Positions 1 to 12,705 of a stretch of DNA of 64,000 bases are shown here, piece by piece; the stretch's first letter is position 1; every line of letters begins with the position of its first letter. The notes under the pieces were generated by a model, which was not told the DNA's origin, ran no database searches, and saw nothing but the letters and a program-made list of their open reading frames with translations. The stretch lies in the NCBI RefSeq assembly GCF_964355755.1, contig NC_092674.1:25916001-25980000 (forward strand), in the 5' to 3' direction. A program made the position numbers and the translations under genes. The DNA comes from Antedon mediterranea. Its lineage: Eukaryota > Animalia > Echinodermata.

Positions 1-2790
1 CACTCCTGTATTTTCACTGTTGTATTTTTACTATTGCCTTCTCACTCTTGTATTTTCACTCTTGTCTTCTCACTCTAGTATTTTCACTCTTGTCTTCTCA
101 TTCTTGTATTTCCACTCTTGTCTTCTCACGCTTGTATTTTTACTATTGTCTTCTCACTCTTGTATGTTCACTCTTGTCTTCTCACTCTTGTCTTCTCACT
201 CCTGTATTTTCACTCTTGTATTTTCACTATTGTCTTCTCACTCATGTATGTTCACTCTTGTCTTCTCACTCTTGTCTTCCCACTCCTGTATTTTCACGCT
301 TGTATTTTTACTATTGTCTTCTCACTCTTGTATGTTCACTCTTGTCTTCTCACTCTTGTCTTCTCACTCCTGTATTTTCACTCTTGTATTTTCACTATTG
401 TCTTCTCACTCTTGTATGTTCACTCTTGTCTTCTCACTATTGTCTTCCCACTCCTGTATTTTCACTCTTGTATTTTCACTATTGTCTTCTCACTCTTGTA
501 TTTTCACTTTTGTCTTCTCACTCTTGTATTTTCACCCTTGTCTTCTCACTCTTTTATTTCCACTCTTGTAGTCTCACTCTTGTATTTTCACTCTTGTATT
601 TTCACTATTGTCTTCTCATTCTTGTATTTTCACTTTTGTCTTCTCACTCTTGTCTTCTCACTCTTGTATTTTCACTTTTGTCTTCTCACTCTTGTATTTT
701 CACCCTTGTCTTCTCACTCTTTTATTTCCACTCTTGTAGTCTCACTCTTGTATTCTCACTCTTGTATTTTTCACTCTTGTCTTTTCACTCTTGTCTTCTC
801 ACTCTTGTCTTCTCACTCTTGTCTTCTCACTCTTGTCTTTTCACTCTTGCCTTCTCACTCTTGTATTTTCACTCTTGTATTTCCACTCTTGTATTTCCAC
901 TCTTGTCTTTCCACTCTTGTCTTCTCACTCTTTTCTTCTCACTCTTGTCTTCTCACTCTTGCCTTCTCACTCTTGTCTTCTCACTCTTGTATTCTCACTC
1001 TTGTATTTCCACTCTTGTAGTCTCACTCTTGTCTTCTTACTCTTGTATTTTCAGTCTTGTCTTCTCACTCTTGTCTTCTCGCTCTTGTATTTTCACTCTT
1101 GTCTTCTCACGCTTGTATTTTCACTCTTCTCTTCTCATTCTTGTATTTCCACTCTTGTCTTCTCATTCTTGTCTTCTCACTATTGTCTTCTCACTCTTGT
1201 ATTTTCACTCTTCTCTTCTCATTCTTGTATTTCCACTCTTGTCTTCTCATTCTTGTCTTCTCACTATTGTCTTCTCACTCTTTTATTTCCACTCTTGTCT
1301 TCTCACTCTTGTCTTCTCACTCTTGTCTTCTCACTCTTGTCTTCTCACTTTTGTATTTCCACTCTTGTCTTCTTACTCTTGTCTTCTCACTCTTGTGTTT
1401 TCACTCTTGTATTATTATTACTCTTGTCTTCTCACTCTTGTATTTTCACTCTTGCCTTCTCACTCTTGTATTTTCACTCTTCTCTTCTCATTCTTGTATT
1501 TTCACTCTTGTCTTCTCACTCTTGTATGTGTACCCTTGTCTTCTCACTCTTATATTTTCACTCTTGTCTTCTCACTCTTGTATTTTCACTCTTCTCTTCT
1601 CATTCTTGTATTTCCACTCTTGTCTTCTCACTCTTGTCTTCACACTATTGTCTTCTCACTCTTGTATTTCCACTCTTGTATTTCCACTCTTGTCTTTCCA
1701 CTCTTGTCTTCTCACTCTTTTCTTCTCACTCTTTTCTTCTCATTCTTGTATTTTTACTCTTGTCTTCTCACTCTTGTCTTCTCACTCTTGTATTTTCACT
1801 CTTGTCTTCTCACTCTTGTATTTCCACTCTTGTCTTCTCACTCTTGTATTTCCACTCTTGTATTTTGACGTTTGTCTTCTCACTCTTGTCTTCTTTCTCT
1901 TGTATTTCCACTCTTGTATTTTCACGCTTTTCTTCTCACTCTTGTATTTCCACTCTTGTATTTCCACTCTTGTCTTCTCACTCTAGTCTTCTCACTCTTG
2001 TCTTCTCACTCTTGTATTTCCACTCTTGTCTTCTTACTCTTGTCTTCTCACTCTTGTGTTTTCACTCTTGTATTATTACTCTTGTCTTCTCACTCTTGTA
2101 TTTCCACTCTTGTCTTCTCACTCTTGTCTTCTCACTCTTGTCTTCTCATTCTTGTATTTCCACTCTTGTCTTCTCACTCTTGTCTTCTCATTATTGTCTT
2201 CTCACTCTTGTATTTCCACTCTTGTATTTCCACTCTTGTCTTCTCACTCTTGTCTTCTCACTCTTGTCTTCTCACTCTTTTCTTCTCATTCTTTTATTTT
2301 TACTCTTGTCTTCTTACTCTTGTCTTCTCACTTTTGTATTTTCACTCTTGTCTTCTCACGCTTGTATTTTCACGCTTGTCTTCTCACTCTTGTATTTCCA
2401 CTCTTGTCTTCTCACTCTTGTATTTCCACTCTTGTATTTTGACGCTTGTCTTCTCACTCTTGTCTTCTTTCTCTTGTATTTCCACTCTTGTTTTTTCACG
2501 CTTTTCTTTTCACTCTTTTATTTCCACTCTTGTATTTCCACTCTTGTCTTCTAACTCTAGTCTTCTCACTCTTGTCTTTCCACTTTTGTATTTCCACTCT
2601 TGTCTTCTAACTCGTGTCTTCTCACTCTTGTCTTCTCACTCTTGTCTTCTCATTCTCGTCTTCTCACTCTTTTTTTTCTTCACTCTTGTCTTCTCACTAC
2701 GTCTCTTGTCTTCTCACTCTTGTATTTAACTCGTGTATTCCCATTCTTAAGATTCCACTTTTCTATTTTCACTCTTTGTCTCCCCACTCT
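1..2790. repeat. 14-bp pyrimidine-rich minisatellite (consensus CACTCTTGTCTTCT / CACTCTTGTATTTT) with higher-order structure
   Basis: About 200 tandem 14-mers, degenerating after 2730 and running off the left edge. The variant CACTCCTGTA recurs at 197, 281, 365 and 449 (84 bp = 6 units). Confidence 0.97.
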
Positions 2791-5031
2791 TGTAGTCCTA
2801 CTCATTCCCATTCAAATTCATTCATTCCATCAATAACAATAGAAAATTACAAGATTACAATCAATATAATATAGAAATAGAAGTTAAAAAAGCGAAATCA
2901 AAGATAAACATTTAAATACAAAGAACTGTTAAACGATTAACAAGGTTAAGGTCCGGAAAAATGCTTTTTTAGAACAACTAGGCCTACATGTTTCATAAGA
3001 TTTAGTTAATAGATCAATCGTGCCTTACCAACTTCCTAAATATATTAATCTTGTAAGTGTTTTAATAACACTTGATATTTTGTTCCATTTCCTAAATTGC
3101 AGTAATTGTTATTTTTTTAGTTGCAATGACGTTTACACACTTTGTCTAGTATTATATTGATCAAAATCTTTAAGTTACCATCTAAGCACGGTGTAGCAGT
3201 ACAAGCTTGTGAACTGTATTAAATTTAATTTTAAGAACTCTATCTTCAACATTTTTAAATGAAAAAGAACCAAATTAAGACTATGAAAATGAAAATGTGG
3301 CTCTTTTTGTCATACTTGATACCTTGGCCCTTTATAAAGTATAACTGAACCATAGTATTATTTACTTTTAATTTACATTTTGCATTTCTAGGAACTTGCA
3401 GCCATGCGTAATCAAGAGTCAATCAGTTTCTAGCGTATTCAATAAGAAATGGTTCTTGTCTATACAAAAACTTCTGCCGTGCACACATTTTGGTAATAAC
3501 TGTATTTAACAACATTTTCACTATTAAATGACTGATCAAGTGTCAAACTTAAGTAATGTATACAGGTCCCACGCTTGTTGCCTTCCCACTCGTGTATTCT
3601 TGTAATCAGTCTTGTGTTCTTATATTTGTTGTAATGACAATTGATATACCGTAATTATTATCAACCGAGATTAGCCGAAATATAGCCGGATAAATCAAAA
3701 TCTCATCACAGTGCAACACATAAATCATAAATCATGAATAGAGATGATGAAAAGTATAGAAAACATCTCTCAAATTCTGAAGATTATACAGTATGTTGTA
3801 GTGCCAGCCTCAATTTCAATTTCAATTTATTTCCACAATATAATAAAATACATACATAAATGCAATGAAGTGATTTTGTGGGTGGGGGGTTGGATATATA
3901 AGTAATAAATACTTTAAATTTGACCCACCTCATGTTACGGAATGTAGAATTCCTTTTTTATGAATTGTTAAGAAAATCATTATAATGGCCTGATGTGTAG
4001 ACTCAATCAGCTTACGCTGGCTGGGTCATCCTCTTGAAATATTGTTGAATAAATAATAAATAAATTAATAATCTCAACGATTATAGGCATCGTCTTATAT
4101 AAGTAAAAGATGCTCTCCAGGTGTAATTAGTACAGTCTTGTAATTTTACTTTCTATGGACCATAGATTCCGAAATAAAAGATTAAAAGGATCAGGAATAA
4201 TCGATCGTGCCTAAAGAATCAACGAAATATACATGTTGTTCTTCTACATTATACCTATATATGTAGAAATAATAAATTATTAAAAGCTAATCTGAATAAT
4301 AGTATTATTTAGGTTTACAATTGAAAACCAGATGACTTAGTTTGAAAATTAAGTCTGAATTATTAATGACAGCCTCCAGCTTTACTTGCTGTTTCTCTGC
4401 AATTAAAAATAAATTTGAGATTGAACTTTACTGCCTGGAAAACGTCATGTTTTATTGAGTGATAGGCATTTAAAACGATCATGTTTTTTTTTATAAAATA
4501 GGATGTTATTAATAGTCCATTAAGTATTTCAATTATAATTGTTCTATTTGATTATCCTCTACTCCACTTAAAAAGACAAAATCAAATTCTATACTCATCC
4601 ACGAAGAAATTTCCTAAATAGAACTAAATCTTTTGTTTTCCTTTATCCAATAAATATTCTCCACACATATACTAAAAATACAAACAATAATAATCAAAGT
4701 AACGTAATAATAATCAATAGGTAAAACACATAAATCACATAAACACAACTTCTTAAAATCTATAACATTCCCTAATTCATAATAGTAGCCATATCGATAA
4801 GTAACCATTATCAGCCGGTACTTATCAACAACAATATTATTATTTTTGCGCCCGTTCTTCCAATCAAAAAAATTAAGGACTCTTTGATTTGAAGGTCCAC
4901 TTGGTCGGCTGATACCCATGGCATTATTTTTATGATACATGCATGCACAATGTGACTGGCGCGTCAACTACCAATTTGAGAACTTCAGTTCAGTGGCATT
5001 TTGCCGTTCGTTTTTTGACGGAGAATGGATC

Positions 5032-5043
5032 TATGACGTCATA
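5032..5043. promoter_or_regulatory. Perfect CRE palindrome TATGACGTCATA upstream of GPCR1
   Basis: TGACGTCA at 5034-5041 in a CpG-containing patch with CCAAT motifs on either side. Function is inferred only. Confidence 0.35.
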
Positions 5044-5104
5044 ACGCTGCTAACCAATTTTGAAAAATACACTTCATTACTTAAATTAGGTTATAAATTT
5101 AATA

Positions 5105-6645
5105 TTACTGTCTCCAATTCTATTCACTATTTATATAAATGAACTTAATTAAGATAATTAAAGAAAGAGAATTAGGAATTAATATTTTTGACATAAATAT
5201 TGGCAGTCTATTCTGGGCTGATGATATAATTCTGATTGGAGACAATGAGCAAGATTTAGAATTACTTTTGGATGCAGCAAAATGGAGAATGGTGTTTAAT
5301 TTTAATAAATCTAATGTTATTGTAGCTGGACAACGCCTTAATGAATATAGAAAATGGCCAATTGGTAATAACTTTATTAACGAAACTAATAATTATAAAT
5401 ATTTGGGGATGTTTGTAGCGAGGAAAATAAAAGATACCTACCATATTGATGAAGTAGTTAAAAAGGGGAATAGAGTAATATCATATATAAAATCTATAAT
5501 AAATGGGCAGGAAGACTTCAATAGAATATACTATGGTGATATTCTTTGGAAATCAATTGGTATACCAACCAAAAATTATGCAAGCAGTATATGGTTATGT
5601 GATAATAAGAACTCTATAGAAAAAATTGAAAATTTACAATACCAAATGGCCAGATATCTATTAAAGGCACCCAGATATGTCGCAAAGGAAGCTCTATATG
5701 GTGAAGAACTTGGCTGGCAATCAGTTGAATCTATACAGTTGGATAGAATCTTAACCTACTTTTATAGGCTAAAAAATATGGAAGAACATTGCTGGCAAAG
5801 ATTACTACTTAGAGCTCTCTTTGTTCTTAAAGATAGACTCAGTTGGAAATGGTTCCAAAAGATTGAATCCATTTAAAAAAAATTTGATTTGCAAATGTTG
5901 TCAATATTGATTATTGTAATAAGTGGCTTAATGGTTTTAAAGAAAAAAAAATAACATGGTTTAACAAGGCTCAAACTAAATCATCCTTAACAAATTACTT
6001 AAGATATAAAAATGAACCTAAAATGGAAAAATACTTATTGGAAAAACGTAGCTACCATGCATCAAGTCTAAAATTCAAAGCTCGTTCTAACTCATTACCA
6101 CTCGAAGGAAGAAAGGAAGCTTGGTCACCGCAAAATTTAGGATCATGTTTGTTATGTAATTGTGGTGAAAAAGAAACAATTTGTCATTTTGTATTCAATT
6201 GTACTAGATTAATTAATATTAGAAACTCAATATTTAAACAACTTAAAGATCACGTCAAGCTCACCTAAACTTAAATATCACCTTTTTTTTGACGACCTAG
6301 AAATTCATGAAGAATATCAAATCCAATGTATAAACAATATTAACTATGTATTAGCAAGTAACATCTTTGACAAATATTGTAAATTATTTTTAACAACTGC
6401 ATGGAAAGAACGCAACGAAATTTATAATATCCGTCCATAACACAATCTTTTACTTTTCGCTCAAATGTATTGAATGTATTTTTATAACCTAATGTGTATA
6501 TACTTTTTAATGTAATAATTTATAATGTTTTTATTTGATTGTGTAGTAAGATAATTCCATATTTATTTTTGTTGTTGCACATCTCTTGAGAATTGTGCCT
6601 CTGTTATAAAGGAGAAACAATAAAGTTATTATTATTATTATTACT
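5105..6645 (+). mobile_element. 5'-truncated, frameshifted non-LTR retrotransposon (RT C-terminal half, CCHC zinc knuckle, 3' tail)
   Basis: LSPILFTIYINEL from 5108, then LFWADD and YKYLG in ORF 5139-5876, CLLC..ETICHFVFNC in ORF 6023-6268, then AATAAA plus a (TTA)n tail at about 6619-6645. Clade not assigned. Confidence 0.9.
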
Positions 6646-7388
6646 ATTCAAAATAAAATATTTTACAACAATCATACAGGTTAAATTATATTATGTACGG
6701 TTATTGTTAGTTCCAGCAAAGATAACCTCCATGCGGTTTCAACAATTGATAGACATCATGGTTAGAAAGGAGTGAAAGGAATGCAAATTGAACCTTAAAA
6801 CACAGCTTGGTGCCATTTCCATTCAGAATCGAGCTTCTCCTGCTAAAAGAAGAATCAGTGAAGTCAACTGAACAAGAACACAGACAATCTCAACTAGAAA
6901 TTGCAAACTTAACCGCGACGAAGCGGGAAGTTATATAGCTGACGACTTCAGGTGTATTATCGTTAGTCGACTTCTCCCGCGTATGTTGACCGCATGAGGG
7001 CATAATTTACGACAAGTTGTCAAGTGAGTTTACAAGCCAGACGATATTGCGGTTGGTAGCTTGCAACAGATGACAATACAATGTCAAACGGTGTGTAATG
7101 CTCCGACGTGCTTTATAGTCTTATATTTTTCTTAAATTCTGAAGTGTTTATTTCTACTAGAATGATTTGATAGCCGAACACATGAAACAGGGGATAACAT
7201 CATCATTTTTGTTTGTTGAATCGGCCTGCTCTTCGGAATCGTGATTGGTAAGAACATTTGGAACATTCGTAATGCTGTCAGCTCTAATATAAATATATCA
7301 CCAAAGTTGAGAAGCATCACATTAGTTGATCCGTGGACTAAATCACATGCTGTATTCAATCTGATCTGATTCGCTTTCGATATTCAAA

Positions 7389-7933
7389 ATGTTGAGTTCA
7401 GCATCAGATTATTCTTCGGCTGAGGCAAACCATTCCGGAACTTTTCAACATACCTTTGAAGTACACACTTTAGCACCATTTGTGCGGAGTACCAATACGC
7501 CATCAAATATGGCAATATTTAATTCATCGAGTTTTCCCGATGTCCCGAATTACAATTCTTATGATTATTATAGTGATTATAACACGATATCTTCTCCGGA
7601 CTGCTATACCATTTTTGTACAACCTCATGTATTTGTTCGCATGATGCTCTCGGTAACATATCTTCTGTTAATACTGGTTTGTGGATTTGGAAACAGTCTC
7701 CTGATATTCATTATCTTATCTCAAAGACGTCTGAGAAGCATAACGAATTTATTGATTGCCAACTTGGCGTTTTCTGACATGATGGTGGCCATATGGACAG
7801 CACCGTTCGCTGGTTATTACTACATGATCGATGATTGGGTGTTTGGTGATGTCTTGTGTCCTGTTGTTAACACCGTTAAAAGTGTATCTATGTACGTGTC
7901 TGTTACTACACTCCTCGTCATAGCTATTGACCG
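7389..7933 (+). CDS. Prokineticin-receptor-like class A GPCR, coding exon 1 (N-terminus to TM3)
   Basis: CGFGN (TM1), RLRSITNLLIANLAFSD (TM2), WVFGDVLC, VSMYVSVTTLLVIAIDR. Donor CG|GTAAGT at 7933/7934, phase 2, inside the Arg of DRY. Confidence 0.93.
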
Positions 7934-8021
7934 GTAAGTTTGTAAATCTTTAAATAAAAATAAAGGTCTATTCAAACTTTCATGTTCCAATAACACCTTC
8001 CTTTTAGAACCAACAATTGAG

Positions 8022-8319
8022 CCCGTTCAGGCTTAGTTATTTACCCAGGTAATTACCAACTACCTTACCCGGGTAATTACCAACTTACCCGGGTAATAAC
8101 CAACTTACCCGGGTAATAACCAACTTACCCGGGTAATAACCAACTTACCCGGGTAATAACCAACTTACCCGGGTAATAACTAACTACCTTACATGGGTAA
8201 TTACCAACTTACCCGGGTAATAACCAACTTACCCGAGTAATAACTACCTTACCCGGGTAATTACCAACTTACCCGGGTAATAACCAACTTACCCGGGTAA
8301 GTAACTAAGCTCGCACGGG
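8022..8319. mobile_element. MITE with ~31-bp TIRs enclosing a tandem array of palindromic ~20-bp units (core TTACCCGGGTAA)
   Basis: Left end CCCGTTCAGGCTTAGTTATTTACCCAGGTAA versus right-end reverse complement CCCGTGCGAGCTTAGTTACTTACCCGGGTAA. A degenerate relative lies at 50781-50890. Confidence 0.8.
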
Positions 8320-8783
8320 TATAGTTTATCATTTAATTGCAAAAACTAAACTACGTGTTAAATAATGTAGAGTTAATTATGTTCAAAATGTCATCTCAGT
8401 TACTTTTATTTGAAGGAACAGCAAAATGTGTTTATCAGAGGTTTGAAGTCGAATTGATTAACTTGAACTTGAATAATATTATTTAAGCGATGGCAGTAGG
8501 CCCATTGTTGATGTCGGTTCGGATTGACTGCATGTTTTAATTGTTCTGGTAAATTTGATAGAAATTACTTTTTCAGAAAAACCAACAAAACAAAGAAACC
8601 TAAATGTAACCCTATTATATATACAGTTAGTCTCATACAATTCATAAAGAACTCATTGTACTTTTAGTATAGGTAATCTAATGTAACCCAACGAAGACGA
8701 CAATGATGATTAGAACGATGATAGTAGATATTATAAAGTTTGATAAAGTTGATGAAAGATGAACACGTATGATATGTAGCTAA

Positions 8784-8929
8784 AGCTCATCTACACTAGT
8801 TTGACCAAAAAAGTGTGATGTGCCCAAAAATGGTAGTGATATTCACAAATGTGGTAGTGATATGACATCATCATGTCCAGCCATATCACATGTTTATGTC
8901 ACATATAGTTTGCTAGTGTAGCCAGCGCT
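8784..8929. mobile_element. MITE family A, copy 1 (TIR AGCTCTGTCTACACTATCAAACT; PIF/Harbinger-like TWA target)
   Basis: TAA|AGCTC...GCGCT|TTA. Shared internal GTGATGTGCCCAAA.ATGGTAGTGATAT. Eight copies in the window. Confidence 0.85.
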
Positions 8930-10525
8930 TTATGCCATGCATGCTGGTGCAATATTACATTTTACTTACTTTTACTGGTACGTATACATCATCGTAGAGT
9001 AGATGGCCTTATTTTGTTCTAATTACACAACCTCAAAATTGTACGATTGTATCAATAACGTAACACGCTTTTAATCTACCAGTTGCTTTCGTTTTAAATT
9101 AAAATTGAATATTTAACTGTGTCATTCCTATATTAATAAACCTTCGATTTTTCCTCTCAACCTTTTGTTGTTCATTTGTTGATTTTATCAACAGTGTATC
9201 ATAATGCCAGGAGGAAAATACAAAATTAAAGGTCAGAAATGTCAACCGCAGTAACCATAGACTTGTTAAGCGCGACCGCGACATTTATGGGGTCTGAGAA
9301 ACCTAGAGGAAATTGATAGAAACATATACAAAGGTGTTAAATATTAATTGCTAGCTTTTTCTTTATTTCTTTACTCCAACAGCGAATCGTTGCCATTAAC
9401 AGGCTGGTTGCTCGTGTATATTGGTTGATTAAAAAAAACTCACTTGTTAAAAATTAATATTTATATAGTTTAGGTGATCAACATAAACAAATATTAATAA
9501 TACAATTTGGAGGAGAATGACCATCGTAATATAATGATTTTGGCATCATCTTTAGCTTATTATCAGATATTCGTGGCATCATCATCGTCGTCATAATTAG
9601 CATCACTATATCATCATCGTCATCGTCATCATTATCATCCTTTTCTTCAACATCATTGTTATACCATATGTTTAATATCATTTTAAAAAAAAACATGTTT
9701 GTTGATCCGTTCCGTAAATAATGACAATAAAAATAAAATATCAATTCAAAAACAGAAAATCAGAAACGGTTACATTACGGTATAGGCCTACAATACATTA
9801 AAAAGGCTGATCACTAAACATAATTAAACGTTTACATTTCGATAAAAGCTTTTCTTTGATTAATCGTATGATTTGCATTAGTATAACTTTCCAATTACAG
9901 ATGATAGATTTTTTCAACAAAATTGATGTTGTAAAAATTAGTCATGGTTTTCAATGGCTTAATAAATACCTGAACAAAATTAAACAAACACACGCGTTGA
10001 CCTCCAAAAAACAATATACATTTTTACCGCTAACCAATCCAGCGGCGATACAAGATTATATACGAGTGTACCCCCATGAAGAAAATAAACCATGATATTC
10101 CAATTATTTTGGGAGAACACAATTCATAAAATTAGCAATCAGTTCAAATAGAATGCAATTTTAAGGTACCGTGAAACCATTTGGTCTCTCAGAGCTCTCA
10201 GCTCCAACACATCGTGAAATCCGGGACGATTCGCCCCGGTTTTTCGGATTTGGTGGAATGAATCACCCACCTTGGCTGAAACGTTCCAAACCAAACTAAT
10301 TGTCAATACAACACACACTGTATATACCAAAACTAGGCCTATCACTTTTGTTAAGAAATAATGTATTCTATTTAATGTTTCTCTCAATAAAGGGCAAACA
10401 GTTTAATCGCATTAACAATTCTTGAAACAGTGCGCCATATTTTGTTTTACACAATATACAATTCCGGAAACAATTTAGATTTTAGGAATTTATTTATAAA
10501 ATCAACCAAAATGTATTTTTGTTAA

Positions 10526-10806
10526 AGCGTGGTTTCCACTAGAACGCAACGTAACGCAGTAAAGTATCGACGCACAGTGCACCTGTATTGCGTAACCACA
10601 AGTGAGAACCGACGACGCAACAGTGCTGCAAACATCGCTACTGATTGGTTCCCACTAGCGACGCAACGTAGCGCAACATACGCTAGTAAGAAGATGTCCT
10701 TCCAAATTAATTGTGTTTGCCTCCGCCTGCGTGAAATCAAACCCGCTATGTTTGCAGCACTTTGCGTCGATACGTCATTGCGTTGCGTCCTAGTGGGAAC
10801 CACGCT
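10526..10806. mobile_element. MITE family B (TIR AGCGTGGTTYCCACTAG), composite with an internal inverted copy
   Basis: TAA|AGCGTGGTTTCCACTAG...CTAGTGGGAACCACGCT. About 10646-10760 is the reverse complement of about 11210-11325. Confidence 0.8.
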
Positions 10807-11120
10807 TACGGGAAATCAAATCATTTTTATATCACGCAACAACGTAAGGACACTGGAAAACATAGTAAAGTGCGTACTCAAAAGTATATGCGCAATGGGA
10901 CGATCGTTCCGCATGCTTCGCCATTAATCAGCTAATCTAATCTTTCAAACTATCCATTACTTTGCAATCAGTTAGCGATTTATGTTTACTTACCCATCGT
11001 ATATAACGGAAATTATTACCCATAAACTTCTTTTCCTGAATATTTTAAAGTAAACAGAATAAAACATCATTATGTCTAAGTTATAGGTACTTGCTTTAAC
11101 GTAAGAACAAGTGGGTTAAC

Positions 11121-11462
11121 GTCGGAATTCCACTAGCAACGCAACGCAGCGACGTATTGACGCAAGGTGCTATATTGCGTAATCACAAGTGGGAACCGAC
11201 GAAGCAGCAGTACTGCAAACATCGCATGTTTGATTTCACGCGGGCGGGGGCAAACACAGTTATCGGAAGGGCACATTCTTACGTTGCGTAGGTTGCGTTA
11301 CGCTGTGTCGCTAGTGGAAACCAAGCTTTAAAGTCGGAAGGATGCGCAACGCAAGTATTTTGACCAATCACAACAAATGGATTATTCGAACTCATTGTTA
11401 TTGGTCGATTCGGTTGCGTTGCGCTATCTTCATTGGCTTGAGTTGTAATGAGAACCAAGCTT
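11121..11462. mobile_element. Two adjacent family-B-related MITEs
   Basis: TTCCACTAGCAACGCAACG...CTAGTGGAAACCAAGCT (to about 11327), followed by a variant with inverted CCAAT/ATTGG motifs ending GAGAACCAAGCT. Confidence 0.7.
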
Positions 11463-12214
11463 TACAAATCTATGGGGCATTATACACCCCCACCCCACCC
11501 CCTTAAACAAGGTATGTACGCACATTTACAGACAGTATATGGTCTCATGATTATACTGTCTTTAAATATAATGCGCGTAAGCACCATCAAATGATGAAGG
11601 AATTAGTACTCATCCCTCCATGGACAAAAGCAGGTCACCGAAAGCCGTTTAAACGAGCCATTACATTTATTGATCGTCATGTTTATGTTGTTGGCTTCTT
11701 TAAAGGTATGATCGGCAGTGTAGCACTTTGTGCACTAATTAGGCCAACTAACCAGGCAAGAGTGAAATTAATTAATTGTAATTTCACTCTTCCCTAGTCT
11801 AACGTAATCAAATCAATCTTCAATTATGATAATAGTTAAGTCATATAATTATTTACTCCATAGAGATTGAAATGGTATTATGATTGTACGGCTTTTGTAT
11901 AACACAGAATAGAATATTTACCCTGAAACCTATTATAAGTAATCTCTCTCGAGGAAGAAGGCTTCAGTATTTTCATAGATTTCCGTCTCTCAAAGTTTTA
12001 TCATGGTTTTGTGTTGCACCACGACACTGTAATATGGCAGTATGTAATGTTCAGAATATCAAATTATCTTATGTTTTTCGCTTTTCTTTCTTTTACGTTC
12101 CTAATAATACATACGTCATGAAAACGATGTAAAATGAATGCGTATACCTATTAACTTGCCTTGACGTATAATATACATCATCAGTATCATAAACGTTGTC
12201 CCCGGTGACGTGTC

Positions 12215-12705
12215 GTACTTGCAAACATTAATGAACAACATGATCCAATCAATGTATTGCATTCCGTGAAGGAATTATTTTAAATTTCTGCATGTACACA
12301 CAGAGTACAACTTTTTTGTTTTGGCGTGCCATAGGCACTCTAATGAAATTGCTTTGGCGTGTCATAGACAGCAAACAATAATGAACAAATTGGTCCTATC
12401 AATATGCTGTATCCCACACCATAGATGATCGAATTAATATTGAACATTTTTTACATGTATACATAATTATAGTAAAACTGGTTTGGCGTGCCATAGACAT
12501 CCTAATGAACTTGATTTGGCGTGTCATAGACATCCCAATAAACTATAAGTTCATACGTGCCGTAGTTGCAAACAATAATGAACAAATTGGTCCTCTCAAT
12601 ATACTGTATCCCACACCATGAAGGAATTAATATTGAACATGTTTGCATGTATACATAATTATATTAAAACTGTTTTGGCGTGCCATAGGCATCCTAATGA
12701 ACAAA
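12215..12705. repeat. Degenerate tandem repeat, about 3 units of 150-200 bp
   Basis: Recurring GCAAACAATAATGAACAAATTGGTCCT and TTGGCGTGCCATAGRCATCCTAATGAA blocks. Confidence 0.75.

Noticed and set aside
20-2874. Long Leu/Ser/Cys-rich ORFs up to 606 aa
   Set aside because: They occur in all three frames with a 14-aa period, which is the expected artefact of a stop-free 14-bp repeat.
10522-10927. Arg-rich ORFs of 93 and 132 aa
   Set aside because: They coincide with a GC-rich MITE and mirror each other across its TIRs.
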